Notes: generated by a model from the letters alone, not told the origin. A DNA stretch of 64,000 bases from Candidatus Latescibacterota bacterium (GCA_965203175.1 OZ241867.1:3744001-3808000); one strand, 5' to 3'. Counted from the stretch's first letter, positions 38,550 through 49,580 are shown. Made by a program: numbers and translations.

Positions 38550-40826
38550 TCAAGCGGTAGTGCCGGCGGGTACGGCGATTTTGTCGTAGCAGGTGTACGC
38601 GCCTTCGATGAAGAGCTGCGCTTCCTCGATAAAGCGGTGGACTTGCACCTTGGTCAATTCGCTCGGTGGGTTCTGATACGCGGCAAAGAGGTAGTTGGCA
38701 AATTTCGGGAAGAACAACTCGCTGTCGTAGAAGCGCACGCGAAATTCGGCCACCACCACCTCGGGCGTTTCCGGTACGTCGTAGAATTGTTCTTTGACTA
38801 GGGCGCGGGCCGAGCGCAGCATGGCGTTCAACGCGCCTTGCCAAGCGGTTTCTAGCTGGCCCTCGTCAAAGGCGACTTGCGCTTCAAAGACCTCGCGCTC
38901 AGCCGCGGCGATCTCCATGGTCGTGATGGAAACGACCTCGCCGGCGCACTCGCCCTTGCCGAGGTCGTCCATGGTAAACTCGCGGGTGTCGCCCCAGTCT
39001 TGGTAGTACCAACTGTTTTCCTCGTGGGACGGCACTTGGGTCAGATCGTCGAGCATGGCCTTGACATCGCGCTTGCCGATGCGGGTGATGAAGTCCTTGA
39101 AGGTCTCGTCCTCGGCGCGCTCGGCGACAAAGTGCTGGGCCAAGCGGGTGACGACTTCGGGAATGTTCTTGGAGGGTACGGCACCCGTGGCCAAGCCGAA
39201 GGAGCCGGCGTTTTCTCGCCACTGTCCGCCCAAGACGACCTGAAAGTGCGGCACGGTGATGCCGTTGATCTTGCGGCTGTTGCCGTAGAAGCCGATGTCG
39301 GCGGCGTGGTGTTGGCCGCAGGAGTTGAAGCAGCCGCTGATCTTGATCCGCAGGGCCTCGATGGCCTCGTTGAGCTGGCCATTTTCCTCACTGAGACGAT
39401 TGCGCAACTCAGCGGCTAGGCCGCGCGAAGAGGCAATGCCTAACTTGCAGGTGTCGGTGCCAGGGCAGGCCGTCACGTCGGCAATGGTCCCGGCACCGGA
39501 TTCGGCGAGGCCGAGGGACACGAGTTCGTCGTAGAGGTGGGGCAGATCGGTCTCGCTGACCCAGCGCAGGACGAGGTTTTGCTCGACGGTGGTGCGGACG
39601 GTTTCGCGGACGTAGCGCCGGCTGATGTCAGCTAATGCGCGTAGCTGGCTAGAGGTGATGTCGCCCAGCGGCAGAACCACGGTGGCGACTGCATAGCCTT
39701 CTTGGCGTTGCGCATAGACATTGGTGCGGTACCATTCGGCGAAGCCTTCACTCGCGGTTGCGCCGTTGAGAGCTTGGCCCGGCTTGAGGGGCTGCTCGTC
39801 AGTGGCGTGAAGATCGTCGAGAAACGCGGTCCAGCTCGGATCTTCGGGCAGGATGGCGCGTTCCTCCAACACCAAGCGGCGGAATTCCTCAATGCCGAGC
39901 TTGGCGACCAAGAACTTAATACGGGCGCGATTGCGGTTTTTCTTTTCGCCGAGGCGGGCAAAGACGCGGGCGATAGCCTGGGCGATGGGCAGCAATTCCT
40001 CGGCGGGTACGAACTCGTCGAAGAGCTGGGCTTGGTGTGGCACCGCGCCCAAACCGCCGCCGACGTAGAGCTTAAAGCCGCGCTTTTCCTCGCCGTTGAT
40101 GATCTTTACCACGGCGATGCCGCCGAGGTCGTGCATGTTGGTCAGGCCGCAGGATTCGTGCTGGCAGCCGGAGAAGGCGATCTTGAATTTGCGCCCGAAG
40201 TCTTGGCAGTCGGGATGCCCGAGCAGGAAGCGCATGAGGGCTTGGGCATAGGGCGTTACGTCAAAGGTTTCCGTACGGCAGACGCCGGAGAGAGGGCAGG
40301 CGGTGACGTTGCGCACTGAGTTGCCACAGGCCTCGCGGGTGGTGATGCCCACCGAGGCTAGGCGGCGCATCAGGTCGGGCGTGTCTTCGAGGTGGACGAA
40401 GTGGATTTGGAAGTCTTGGCGCGTGGTGACGTGCAGGATTTCCTCGGAGTACTCTTCGGCCACGTCGGCGAGCACTTCCATCTGTTCGGCCGTCAGCCCG
40501 CCAAATGGGATTTTGATCCGCATCATGCCCGGGGCGTGCCAGATCGTGTCCGGCCCCTTGGTCTGATGTTCGGGGAAGAGTAGCTGTTGCGTCTGGGTGC
40601 CGTCGTAGCGCTGGCCATTGTCGTAGCGCTGGCCGTACACCCCTCGGCGCAACCGCGTCTCGGCGAAGAGCTTCTCCTCCATCTTGCCCTGCTTGCGCAG
40701 GTGGATCTGGGTCTCGAAGGTCTCGATTTCGTCGGCTAGCTCAGCGGGCATTTGCCCGGCTAGTTTTTCTTTCCAACTGCTTGCTGTGCTCATGCCTAAA
40801 ACCGCCTCTGTGTGGTTGGCGTCCAA
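38550..40826 (-). CDS. Siroheme nitrite/sulfite reductase with a C-terminal helical extension
   Basis: HVTTRQD, ACGNSVRNVTAC, RKFKIAFSGC, ACPGTDTCKLG and ISGCFNSCGQH. Confidence 0.9.
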   Translation of the reverse strand: MDANHTEAVLGMSTASSWKEKLAGQMPAELADEIETFETQIHLRKQGKMEEKLFAETRLRRGVYGQRYDNGQRYDGTQTQQLLFPEHQTKGPDTIWHAPGMMRIKIPFGGLTAEQMEVLADVAEEYSEEILHVTTRQDFQIHFVHLEDTPDLMRRLASVGITTREACGNSVRNVTACPLSGVCRTETFDVTPYAQALMRFLLGHPDCQDFGRKFKIAFSGCQHESCGLTNMHDLGGIAVVKIINGEEKRGFKLYVGGGLGAVPHQAQLFDEFVPAEELLPIAQAIARVFARLGEKKNRNRARIKFLVAKLGIEEFRRLVLEERAILPEDPSWTAFLDDLHATDEQPLKPGQALNGATASEGFAEWYRTNVYAQRQEGYAVATVVLPLGDITSSQLRALADISRRYVRETVRTTVEQNLVLRWVSETDLPHLYDELVSLGLAESGAGTIADVTACPGTDTCKLGIASSRGLAAELRNRLSEENGQLNEAIEALRIKISGCFNSCGQHHAADIGFYGNSRKINGITVPHFQVVLGGQWRENAGSFGLATGAVPSKNIPEVVTRLAQHFVAERAEDETFKDFITRIGKRDVKAMLDDLTQVPSHEENSWYYQDWGDTREFTMDDLGKGECAGEVVSITTMEIAAAEREVFEAQVAFDEGQLETAWQGALNAMLRSARALVKEQFYDVPETPEVVVAEFRVRFYDSELFFPKFANYLFAAYQNPPSELTKVQVHRFIEEAQLFIEGAYTCYDKIAVPAGTTA

Positions 40827-40863
40827 TTAAACCTTATTAACATTATAGATTTGCAAGAGACTG

Positions 40864-41721
40864 TCAAGATGAGTCGTCCGCTAGCTTTTCTCGCAGATAG
40901 GCGCGGATTTGCGCCCCCCATTCCGGATCGTCGAGCGCGTAGTCGATAAAGGTTGCAAAATAGGACAGGTGATTGCCAATGTCGCAGCGCTGCTCGTCGG
41001 TACTCAAGCGCACGGCGCGCACTGGGTCACCGGCGGCGATTAGGGCAGCAATGGCATCGGTGAGATATACCTCGCCGCTCGGCGAGGGTGCGGTGGCGTG
41101 GATGTGGGGGAAAATGGCCGGAGAAAACACGTAGCGCGCGCTAACGGCCAAGCGGCTGGAGGTTTGCGCGGGCGTTGGTTTTTCGAGGATGGCGGTCAGC
41201 TTGGAATCTGCGGCTGTGGCTACTTCGGGGACTAAGATGCCGTAGTGGTGCATCCGGTCTTCGGGCACTTCGTACGCGCCGATAGTGCAGGCGGCGCAGT
41301 GGCGGAGGTGCGAATCGATCATCCGTTGCAGCAGGGGACGACCGTTGCGCGTGCGCACGATGCTGTCGCCAAAGGCCACGACGAAAGGCTCACCGGCAGT
41401 AAAAGCTGCTCCGATGGCGACTGCAGTACCGGTGCCAGGGGGCGGAGGTTGGCGCGCGAAGAAAAACTCGATGCCGCGCTCGCGGTAGCCAAAGTGGCAC
41501 GCTGCCGCGCCGCTGTCGTCGAAGTGATTCTCGATCGCGCTTTTGTTGCGTCCGGTGATGAAGAGGATTTGACGAATGCCAGCGGTTGCTAGTTCTTCGA
41601 CGACGTGGTGGACGACCGGCAGGCGGCCCACAGGCAGCATTTCCTTAGACAGGGATTTGGTCGTGGGCAGGAGTCGGGTGCCGAGGCCGGCGACCGGCAC
41701 GATGGCTTTGGCGATGTTCAT
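40864..41721 (-). CDS. Sugar-1-phosphate nucleotidyltransferase (GalU-like)
   Basis: KAIVPVAGLGTRLLPTTKSLSKEMLPV, EKP and GEVYLTDAI. Confidence 0.85.
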   Translation of the reverse strand: MNIAKAIVPVAGLGTRLLPTTKSLSKEMLPVGRLPVVHHVVEELATAGIRQILFITGRNKSAIENHFDDSGAAACHFGYRERGIEFFFARQPPPPGTGTAVAIGAAFTAGEPFVVAFGDSIVRTRNGRPLLQRMIDSHLRHCAACTIGAYEVPEDRMHHYGILVPEVATAADSKLTAILEKPTPAQTSSRLAVSARYVFSPAIFPHIHATAPSPSGEVYLTDAIAALIAAGDPVRAVRLSTDEQRCDIGNHLSYFATFIDYALDDPEWGAQIRAYLREKLADDSS

Positions 41722-41762
41722 GGGATGGGCTCTCGCAAAAAATATGGTTGTGTTCCCAATGT

Positions 41763-41791
41763 TTGACAAGCAGTAGCTGGCGCAATATTAT
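41763..41791 (+). promoter_or_regulatory. sigma70-like promoter
   Basis: TTGACA-17 nt-TATTAT upstream of the transporter gene. Confidence 0.7.
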
Positions 41792-41824
41792 GGGCGATCC
41801 ACCGGTAAAAGAGGAGTTGTTCCC

Positions 41825-43240
41825 ATGAGTGAGGAGCGGCGTTATCCCGCGCTCAGCGAGGACATGCAGGCGCGCGGTTTGGGGGCCATGCTGCGCATTT
41901 TTGGCCCGGGTGCTATCATCGCCTCGGTGACGATTGGCAGCGGCGAGACGGTCTTTGCCTCGCGGGGCGGCGCAGTGTTTGGCTACGCCCTGTTGTGGTG
42001 CTTTATCGGCGGCGGCTTGATGAAGTTCGTCCAAGTCTATACAGCGGCGCGCTACATGACCCTGACGGGGGAACATCCGCTCGAACGCTGGAAGTTTTTG
42101 CCTGGGCCACAGGGTTGGGTGGTATGGGTTATGGCGGTGCTGACCGTGCTTTGCTTCCCGCTGTGGCTGTCGGGTTTGCCCAAGATGCTAGGCGGGCTGA
42201 CGGTGTGGATCTTGGGCTGTGAGGGGTTGGCGATATGGGGCGATCCCCGCGTGTGGGGCACGGCCTTTGTCGCCTTGGCCATTGCCATTACTATGGTCCA
42301 GAGCTATGGCGCGTTGGAGAAATTTCAGACGGTGGTCGTCGGCGTCTTGCTGCTGTCGATCCTGACGGCTGCGGCGGCTGCGAAGCCCGACTGGCTGGCG
42401 GTGCTGATAGGCTCTATCGTGCCGACCATGCCTGCGTATGATCCCTGGCTGATTAGCAAGTATCCGGCGGTGGCGGCGCGCTCGGCTTGGGTGGAGTTGG
42501 GCACCTACTTAGGTGCGATCGGTGGCGGCACGCAGGACTACTTTGGCTACATCGGCATGTTGCGAGAGAAGGCTTGGGGCCTGTTAGGCCGCAAAGTGGA
42601 GGCTGGCGAGGAAGGTGTGGCCATCGCAGCCGATGATGAAAATATCGCCCGAGGTAGAGCTTGGCTGCGGGGGCCATTGGTGGACTCCGGGGTGTCTTTT
42701 ACCTGCGTGGTGATTTTTACCATGGCCTTTGTAGTGCTCGGTGCGGCCGTGCTCCGCCCCCAGCACATCGTGCCAGAGGGGATGCAGCTACTGTCGGTGC
42801 AGGCCGATTTCCTCACGCTTCTGCATCCAGCCTTGGTCTATTTGTACCAGTTGGGCGTGTTTACTGCGTTTTTTGGCACCATTATGGCTGCGTACGAGCT
42901 CTATACGCGCACCACCCACGAGTGCTTGCGGCCCATCGTCCAGCGGGTGCGCGAGGTGCCCGTGGGGCGGCTGCGACCGTGGGTGGTGGGATACTGCGGT
43001 ATTGGCGGCGTCGCCATTATGTGGATGGGCGGCAACCCGGTGTCGATTGTGACGCCAGCGGCTATTTTCGGTGGGGTGCTCACTTGCGGTCTGTGGTGCT
43101 TGCTGATGGTGTGGACCGACCATCGCTTCTTGCCAGCACCGCTGCGCATGGGGTGGCCGTTGCGGGTGATCAACTTGATCAGCGGTGTCTTCCTCACGGG
43201 CTGGGGCCTGCGCGGTGCTTTTGACTTCTTCGCGGGATGA
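41825..43240 (+). CDS. Nramp-like (APC superfamily) membrane transporter
   Basis: GPGAIIASVTIGSGE..GAVFGYALLW; many hydrophobic segments. Confidence 0.8.
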   Translation: MSEERRYPALSEDMQARGLGAMLRIFGPGAIIASVTIGSGETVFASRGGAVFGYALLWCFIGGGLMKFVQVYTAARYMTLTGEHPLERWKFLPGPQGWVVWVMAVLTVLCFPLWLSGLPKMLGGLTVWILGCEGLAIWGDPRVWGTAFVALAIAITMVQSYGALEKFQTVVVGVLLLSILTAAAAAKPDWLAVLIGSIVPTMPAYDPWLISKYPAVAARSAWVELGTYLGAIGGGTQDYFGYIGMLREKAWGLLGRKVEAGEEGVAIAADDENIARGRAWLRGPLVDSGVSFTCVVIFTMAFVVLGAAVLRPQHIVPEGMQLLSVQADFLTLLHPALVYLYQLGVFTAFFGTIMAAYELYTRTTHECLRPIVQRVREVPVGRLRPWVVGYCGIGGVAIMWMGGNPVSIVTPAAIFGGVLTCGLWCLLMVWTDHRFLPAPLRMGWPLRVINLISGVFLTGWGLRGAFDFFAG

Positions 43241-43246
43241 AGCGGT

Positions 43247-44383
43247 TTGCGCGTCTCCGACGACATCTGGGTGCAGGTCGAAGCCGTATTGGACAGAGGC
43301 ACCCGGCTGGCTTTGGCGACCACTGGCGGGGGCAGCGAACTTATTAGCTGGCTCTTGAATCACCCTGGGGCCTCGCGCGCGATCATCGAAGCTCAAGTGC
43401 CCTATAGCGAGCGAGCGCTAGCGGCGTATTTGGCCTTTGCGGGGCCGCATGGGGCAAACGAGCAAACGGCGCGGGATATGGCGGGGCGGGCCTTTGTGCG
43501 GGCTGCTTCCTTTGCCGAGGTGGGGCAAGGCTGCATCGGCGTGGGCTGCAGTGCGGCCTTGGCGACGAGCAGGTTACGGCGCGGCGCGGATCGGGGCTGT
43601 ATCGCGCTGCGTTTGGAGAGTGCCTATCGCTTGTACACTTTGCGTTTTGAGAAGGACGCAGCCGACCGCTTGGAGCAAGAGGAGGTTTTGAGCCGCTTGG
43701 CTTTGGAGGCCATAGTGGAGGCCTGCGGCGGTCCGGTCGCCGGTGCATCGCTGCCGGGCTACGCGCATCTTGTGCGGCGCGAGTTGGCGTTGGACGATCC
43801 GCTGGGTTTGCTGTTTGCGGGGGAGTTGGACGTCGTCGAAATGCGTCCCGATGGGGTGATCGCGCCCGAGGTCGAGCGTGGGCAGCGTCTGTTCTTGTCC
43901 GGGTCCTTCAACCCGCTGCACGAGGGACACGAGCAACTCGTGGCCGCGGCGGGACAGCTAAGTGGCCGGCGGCCGAGTCTGGAACTATCCATCGAAAATG
44001 TCGATAAGCCGCCCCTGCAAAGGAGCGAGGTCGAGCGTCGCTTGGCGCAGATGCGCGGTCGCTTTCCCGTGGTGATGACGCGGTCGCCGACCTTTTTGCA
44101 GAAGGCCTGGCTTTTTGGCGGTTGTCATTTTGCGTTGGGGTATGATACGGCCGTGCGGCTTTTGCAGGGTCAATATTATGACGAGGGAGAGCGGGGCGTG
44201 GCTGCGGCCTTGGAGGAATTTGCCGCTGGGGGCTGTCGCTTTTGGGTTACTGGCCGGGTGGATGGGGATGCGTATCGCACTTTAGAGGATATAGATGTAC
44301 CTGCAGAGTACGCCGATCTTTTCGCGTCGGTGCCCTTTAGGATGGATATCAGTTCTACGGAACTCCGCGCTCGGAAGGCTTAG
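43247..44383 (+). CDS. CinA-like domain fused to a cytidylyltransferase/NadD-like domain
   Basis: TGGGS..PGASR..VPYS at the N-terminus; [11 protein letters not shown] (HxGH) and DISSTELR. Confidence 0.75.
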   Translation: MRVSDDIWVQVEAVLDRGTRLALATTGGGSELISWLLNHPGASRAIIEAQVPYSERALAAYLAFAGPHGANEQTARDMAGRAFVRAASFAEVGQGCIGVGCSAALATSRLRRGADRGCIALRLESAYRLYTLRFEKDAADRLEQEEVLSRLALEAIVEACGGPVAGASLPGYAHLVRRELALDDPLGLLFAGELDVVEMRPDGVIAPEVERGQRLFLSGSFNPLHEGHEQLVAAAGQLSGRRPSLELSIENVDKPPLQRSEVERRLAQMRGRFPVVMTRSPTFLQKAWLFGGCHFALGYDTAVRLLQGQYYDEGERGVAAALEEFAAGGCRFWVTGRVDGDAYRTLEDIDVPAEYADLFASVPFRMDISSTELRARKA

Positions 44384-44387
44384 GACA

Positions 44388-44687
44388 ATGGCTGAAGAAG
44401 AATGGGAAGAGCCTGAAGCGGTGGAAGTGCCCATTGACGGCACGCTGGACTTGCACACCTTCCATCCGCGCGACCTCAAAGAGCTGTTGCCCGACTATTT
44501 GGATGCCTGTCGCCAAGCGGGCATTTTGCAGGTGCGCGTCATCCACGGCAAGGGCACGGGCCAATTGCGGCGCTCGGTCCACGCTATTTTGGGCCGCTTG
44601 CCCGAGGTGGAATCATTCCGCTTGGCTGGGGAAGGTGGTGGCGGTTGGGGGGCGACCTTGGTCTGGTTGGTGCCGCTCGACGTTTGA
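44388..44687 (+). CDS. Stand-alone Smr domain protein
   Basis: [25 protein letters not shown]. Confidence 0.9.
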   Translation: MAEEEWEEPEAVEVPIDGTLDLHTFHPRDLKELLPDYLDACRQAGILQVRVIHGKGTGQLRRSVHAILGRLPEVESFRLAGEGGGGWGATLVWLVPLDV

Positions 44688-44869
44688 CTATGCTAGGTCC
44701 CAGAAATTTCTTGATTTATGCAATACGCACAGATAGATTGTTACAACTACGTTACAATTTGTATAGTTGTTATAAGTATCATATTTTAAAAGGGGTTATC
44801 CCCCTCCTTGATATCTATTTAGAAGCGCGCAAAACTGGAATCTCGGCCGCTAAAGGGTTGGTCCTTACC

Positions 44870-46885
44870 ATGGAATATCGTCCTATCGGCCTTCTTTTCA
44901 AGCTACTGCAATCGTTGCAGATAGTCCCTCCTCTGTCAATCCTTCTACTGCTGTCCGTGTGCTCAACCAGCGCACAGGATGTTTTTACGGTTGGCGGCGA
45001 CGAACGTCCTTGGCGCGATTCTGGCACAACTCCCGGGGGCGTGATCGATTTTGTCGAGCAATTGGGAACGATCGAGGACGCCGACGGCGAAAAAGTGTTC
45101 GCCGTTGGGTTGGATTCCCTGCAAAACTGGATTATGCCGCTGCGCTTGCGCTCCGATTTCAACATTTCGCTCGGTGTTCTCGAGCGGGGAGGCTCTATAG
45201 ATATTCCAGGGCTAGATGCCAGCCAGAAAAGTCCAGAGCAACTGGAGGGTATGCTCAATGGCGACCATCGAGTGGCATTTGATCGCAAATTCGTGGCCGG
45301 CCGCATCGTGCGCAACAACGGCGTCACCATTCGCATTGACCTCGGGGCGCGCTTCGGAGTGGACCGGGTCGTGTTCTATCCGAGGATGACAGAGTCGTTT
45401 CCCTTTGGCCACGAATTCATGCGGGGGTATGAGTTGTTCCTCAACGATGGCTTGCCGCAAAACCTCTATGCCAGTGGTCAGCCCATTTTTACCTCGCCGG
45501 TGCAGCGCGACTCAGACAACCGCGAGGCCAGAGTGGACGCACGGATCAATCCCCAATTTGTCCGCTTTCTGCAACTCAAGTCGATTACCACGCTCGGATT
45601 TGAAGTTGACGAGATAGAGGTGTACGGCAGGGGGTTCGTGCCGACAGCCAGCTATGTGTCCAATGTGTTAGATCTGGGCGAGGAGGTGGTTTGGGGGAGC
45701 ATCGATTGGAGCGAAGTGGTCGCGGGGAATAGCGCGGATTCCAAGATAGAAATCCGCGTGCGCAGCGGGCAGGATACGACGCCCGATGTCTTTTTTCGCA
45801 ATGCCAATGTAGGAGGTCGGCAACCCGAATACGTGCCCATCGACAGCGAGGGCAACACGCTGACCAAGGAAGCCTTTGAAAAACTGGCGAAGAACCAGCA
45901 GGGGCCCATCAAATCCGATACGGACAACGGCTGGGTGCAGTGGCAATTGGTCGACAATGGCACCCAGCTAACGGTGCCGGCACCTCGGCGTTATTTCCAG
46001 TTCCGCATCGATTTCACCAACCTGAGCCTGGACGCTAGCCGTGCTGTCGCCGACTTGGGCTTCGAGTTCGCACGGCCCCCGGTTGATCGCATTGTCGCCG
46101 AGGTTGGACCACCGCAGGCCGAGATTGGCAAACAGACGACTTTTACGTACTTCGCCCGCATCACCAATACTACGGGGCGATCGGGATTCACGCGCTTTGA
46201 AATCGAAACCCCGGCCCGCATCGCGGCCCTCCACTCGGTGGAAATCCAAGATGGGTCGGGTAATCGCCTAGATGGAGCTGAGTTCGGCGGGGATCTAGCC
46301 GGTGTGTCTTTGCCCCTGCATGTCGGATCGTTCGCCATTGAGGCGGTGGAGGACGACCACTTTGCCCTAAGCTTGCCTTTGATTAACGCCGATGGTACCC
46401 TGTTGAAGATTGTCTTTGATGCAGCCGTATTCCGCTATGGTACGCGTTTCCAAGGGCGGGCCTTTGCCGATGCCAACGTGCAGGTGCCGCTGCAGACCGA
46501 GGGCGGGGATGCTTCAGCCGAACAGGATACCGACGAGTTGCTGGTGCGGATTCCCGTGGGCTCGCGGGTAGCTGGTCCGCTGGCAATCCAGCCGCGGACC
46601 TTCACCCCCAATGGAGACGGGGCCAATGACGTGGCGGAAATAAGCTACGCGGTTCAGCATTTGCTCGAACCATCGCCGAGCGAAGTAAGTATCTACGACT
46701 TGACGGGTGCCCGCGTGCGGCAGCTCAACTCGGTCGAAGTCCAAAACGGCCGCGTCCAGCTACAGTGGGACGGTCGCGGCGATGACGATCGCTTGGTGCC
46801 GCCGGGAATCTACTTGGCGGTAGTGGAAATTCGCTCCGATCGGAAGACTGACCGGCGGTTCAACAGTGTGTCTGTGGTATACTAG
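44870..46885 (+). CDS. Secreted protein with a discoidin-like region and C-terminal FlgD-Ig domain (paralogue A)
   Basis: Signal peptide ending TSAQD; FTPNGDGAND..WDGRGDDDRLVPPGIY. Start uncertain (ORF track begins at 44645). Confidence 0.7.
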   Translation: MEYRPIGLLFKLLQSLQIVPPLSILLLLSVCSTSAQDVFTVGGDERPWRDSGTTPGGVIDFVEQLGTIEDADGEKVFAVGLDSLQNWIMPLRLRSDFNISLGVLERGGSIDIPGLDASQKSPEQLEGMLNGDHRVAFDRKFVAGRIVRNNGVTIRIDLGARFGVDRVVFYPRMTESFPFGHEFMRGYELFLNDGLPQNLYASGQPIFTSPVQRDSDNREARVDARINPQFVRFLQLKSITTLGFEVDEIEVYGRGFVPTASYVSNVLDLGEEVVWGSIDWSEVVAGNSADSKIEIRVRSGQDTTPDVFFRNANVGGRQPEYVPIDSEGNTLTKEAFEKLAKNQQGPIKSDTDNGWVQWQLVDNGTQLTVPAPRRYFQFRIDFTNLSLDASRAVADLGFEFARPPVDRIVAEVGPPQAEIGKQTTFTYFARITNTTGRSGFTRFEIETPARIAALHSVEIQDGSGNRLDGAEFGGDLAGVSLPLHVGSFAIEAVEDDHFALSLPLINADGTLLKIVFDAAVFRYGTRFQGRAFADANVQVPLQTEGGDASAEQDTDELLVRIPVGSRVAGPLAIQPRTFTPNGDGANDVAEISYAVQHLLEPSPSEVSIYDLTGARVRQLNSVEVQNGRVQLQWDGRGDDDRLVPPGIYLAVVEIRSDRKTDRRFNSVSVVY

Positions 46886-46910
46886 GTGCTAGCCAAGTGA
46901 GGAGGGGATT

Positions 46911-49580
46911 TTGAACAAGCGCTATCTGGTTGTGGTAGGTGCTGTTCTCTGCGTGCTAAGCTGGAGTGCGCCGACTCTGGTTGGTGCCCAAGCGTACGAT
47001 TCGCGCATGGGTAGGGTGAAGCAGGGTGGAAAGGTGGATTTTTCCCCGCAGGGACCGGGGGTATTATTCGATGCGCTGGATCCGGCAGTGCGCAAATGGT
47101 ACGTCCCCCAAGAATTGTATCAGGAGTACCAGTGGAGACAGTGGGAATACTCCAACTACGCCCGCGAGCCCTATCAGCGCTATGTCGATACCGCGTTGGA
47201 GGGCGATTTCTTCTACGATTTCTTCGGCAATCTAGTCACCCGAGGCTGGTTGATCTACGATTGGCAGCAAGATCGTCCCCGGCAATTCGGCAGTAGCATT
47301 CTCAAGACCAACCGGTTCAACCAATGGTTCAGCAAAGTAGCCGTCTCCTCGGACCACAAGGGACAATACTACTACAGCATCACGATCGGCGATGAGATCC
47401 GCACTACTTTGACGCCGATGACTTTTTCTAAACCCACATTCAACGGTATTCAGTGGGATTTTGCCGCCGATAAGTACCTGGGCACTCTCCTATTGGCCCG
47501 TCCCAGTCGGCCGGCCGTGGCCACTGATTTGGATATCCCCGATCAGAAGACCAGCGTCACCAACTTGCTGGGTGGGCGGGGCATCGTTCAGGTCGGCGAC
47601 TTCGTCCGGGTCGGGGCGACCTATGTGACCGCCTTCCAAGGCCAGACGCTATTCGACGATTTCACCGGCAACCCTTTTGCCGGCGGGGCTCTGACCACCG
47701 ACCAGAATGCGCTGCCCATATCCCGCATCATTATTCGGCTGTCGGACGACTCGCCCGCAGACGGAGTGGGTGGGGCGGCCCTGTTCGACGATGAAATCAT
47801 CATCGAGGATGTGGACGGCAACACTTTCCGCGGCAGTACCATAGGATTCGAGCCCATACGCGAAGGGGGGTTCCAACGGGTGGGGTTTTTAGCTGCGGAC
47901 GGGGACGAGCGCATTACCCTCACCTACGACTTTACGGACCCTTTGTACACCGGGCCCGATCCTACGACTATTGAAAGAGTATTCTTTGAATTGGTGATCT
48001 CCAACGACTACAAGGTGGAAATCACGTCCGACCGGCAGACCAACCGGGACTCACAGCCCGTCTTCTTGCTGATCGAACGGGCCGATGACAATATCCGCGA
48101 CAACTCCAACCAGCGACTGTTGAAATTCGACTACGGTCTGCCCACGGCCAATACCATCCTTGGCGTTACCTTCGAGGCCAACAAGGTCTGGGGTTTTGAC
48201 TTTTACGGGGAGTACGATTTCAACAAGCAGTACCGCCAGTATCCCAACCTCAATCTAAGGGATCACCGCAAGGCGGTTAACGACGCCCAAGCATGGATGT
48301 TCAACCTGTCCAAGGCATCCTATCCTTGGTTCGCGTTTCTCGAAGGCTATAGCATGGACGCGGACTATTCTACCCGCACCTTCTTAGCTGGTACTCGGGG
48401 ACAGGACGAAATCGATTACGAAGACGAAATATCCTATATCTACGAGTTCGTCGAGGACAACGATGACCAAGACCGCCGGCCGGACTGGAACCGCTATAGT
48501 ATGCTGTCGGACAATGCAGTCTTTCCGGGTTTTGACGAGAACAACGATTTCGTTTCGGATTTCAATCAGAACGATACGGAGGATCGCCAGAACTTCATTC
48601 CCGATTACGAAGAGCCCTTCCTGCGCTATCACGCCGACAGACCCGAATACCTCTTTGGCGTTGACATGAACAACAACGGCTGGATCGATCGCTTTGAAAA
48701 CGACGAAGAACCCGATTATCCCTACGGGCGCGACCACCGTGGCTACAATGTGTACGCGGGAACCCACATCGGGCCCGAGGCTCGGCTAACCGTCGGGCGT
48801 TTGCGCGAAAAACTGCTGGCGGGGGATCGCAAAAACGAATCCACGTACCTGCTCTTCACCTACGAAAGGGATTTTGCCCAGTTGGGCCGTTTGCGGGTGT
48901 TCGACAATTTCAAGTTGGTTGAGGACGACATTCCCAACAACCTGTTCCAGTGGGTGCAGCCGTCTAATTCCCGCGGTACTCAGCAGCGCGTTTTCGATGT
49001 GCTCCCGGCGCGCGACACTTGGGTCAACACTTCCTATGTACAGTTCGATTTCACGCTCGTAGGGAACCTGAATGTAATCAACAAGTTCAAGACTGAAATC
49101 TACAACCAGCGCCGGGAGCAGCGCGACCTGCGCGGCACGGCCAGCTTTGTCGGTCTTATCAACAAGGCCGATTACACTTTCTCCGTGCGAAATATCGAAC
49201 TTGAACCGCGCTTCAAGAGCGAATTTTTGCGCGAGCGCCCCGTTCGCCAGCGCGACCCAGAGCGCCGCGAATTGACCGAGACGCTTTTTCTCATTGCCCG
49301 CATTCCCCTGCTCTCCCATACGCTCGTCGAGTTGGGGCTAGAACTGTCTCATTTTGAGCAGTTCCGCGATGACGACGAGGGAGTGCCGGTCAATCGCGAC
49401 TTGGAGCCAGATTCCTTCAGTCGGATCGTCGCGGTGCAATTTAATAATTCCTCTGATTACTTGGGCTACAGGCTCCATCTGCAGACGGGATTTCGCCTGC
49501 AGAAACTGACGTTTGAAAATCTGCCCCCTAGCACGACCAGCAAGATATTCATGACGGCCTATGCCGGGCTGGAACGCTAG
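46911..49580 (+). CDS. Large secreted, putative outer-membrane beta-rich protein with Ca-binding-like motifs
   Basis: Signal peptide; DNDDQD, DENNDFVSDFNQND and DMNNNGWID; amphipathic C-terminal strands ending IFMTAYAGLER. Confidence 0.6.
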   Translation: MNKRYLVVVGAVLCVLSWSAPTLVGAQAYDSRMGRVKQGGKVDFSPQGPGVLFDALDPAVRKWYVPQELYQEYQWRQWEYSNYAREPYQRYVDTALEGDFFYDFFGNLVTRGWLIYDWQQDRPRQFGSSILKTNRFNQWFSKVAVSSDHKGQYYYSITIGDEIRTTLTPMTFSKPTFNGIQWDFAADKYLGTLLLARPSRPAVATDLDIPDQKTSVTNLLGGRGIVQVGDFVRVGATYVTAFQGQTLFDDFTGNPFAGGALTTDQNALPISRIIIRLSDDSPADGVGGAALFDDEIIIEDVDGNTFRGSTIGFEPIREGGFQRVGFLAADGDERITLTYDFTDPLYTGPDPTTIERVFFELVISNDYKVEITSDRQTNRDSQPVFLLIERADDNIRDNSNQRLLKFDYGLPTANTILGVTFEANKVWGFDFYGEYDFNKQYRQYPNLNLRDHRKAVNDAQAWMFNLSKASYPWFAFLEGYSMDADYSTRTFLAGTRGQDEIDYEDEISYIYEFVEDNDDQDRRPDWNRYSMLSDNAVFPGFDENNDFVSDFNQNDTEDRQNFIPDYEEPFLRYHADRPEYLFGVDMNNNGWIDRFENDEEPDYPYGRDHRGYNVYAGTHIGPEARLTVGRLREKLLAGDRKNESTYLLFTYERDFAQLGRLRVFDNFKLVEDDIPNNLFQWVQPSNSRGTQQRVFDVLPARDTWVNTSYVQFDFTLVGNLNVINKFKTEIYNQRREQRDLRGTASFVGLINKADYTFSVRNIELEPRFKSEFLRERPVRQRDPERRELTETLFLIARIPLLSHTLVELGLELSHFEQFRDDDEGVPVNRDLEPDSFSRIVAVQFNNSSDYLGYRLHLQTGFRLQKLTFENLPPSTTSKIFMTAYAGLER

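Noticed and set aside
44645-44869. N-terminal extension of the 746-aa ORF
   Set aside because: It overlaps the Smr gene and an AT-rich promoter-like spacer; the signal peptide lies downstream, so the real start is later.
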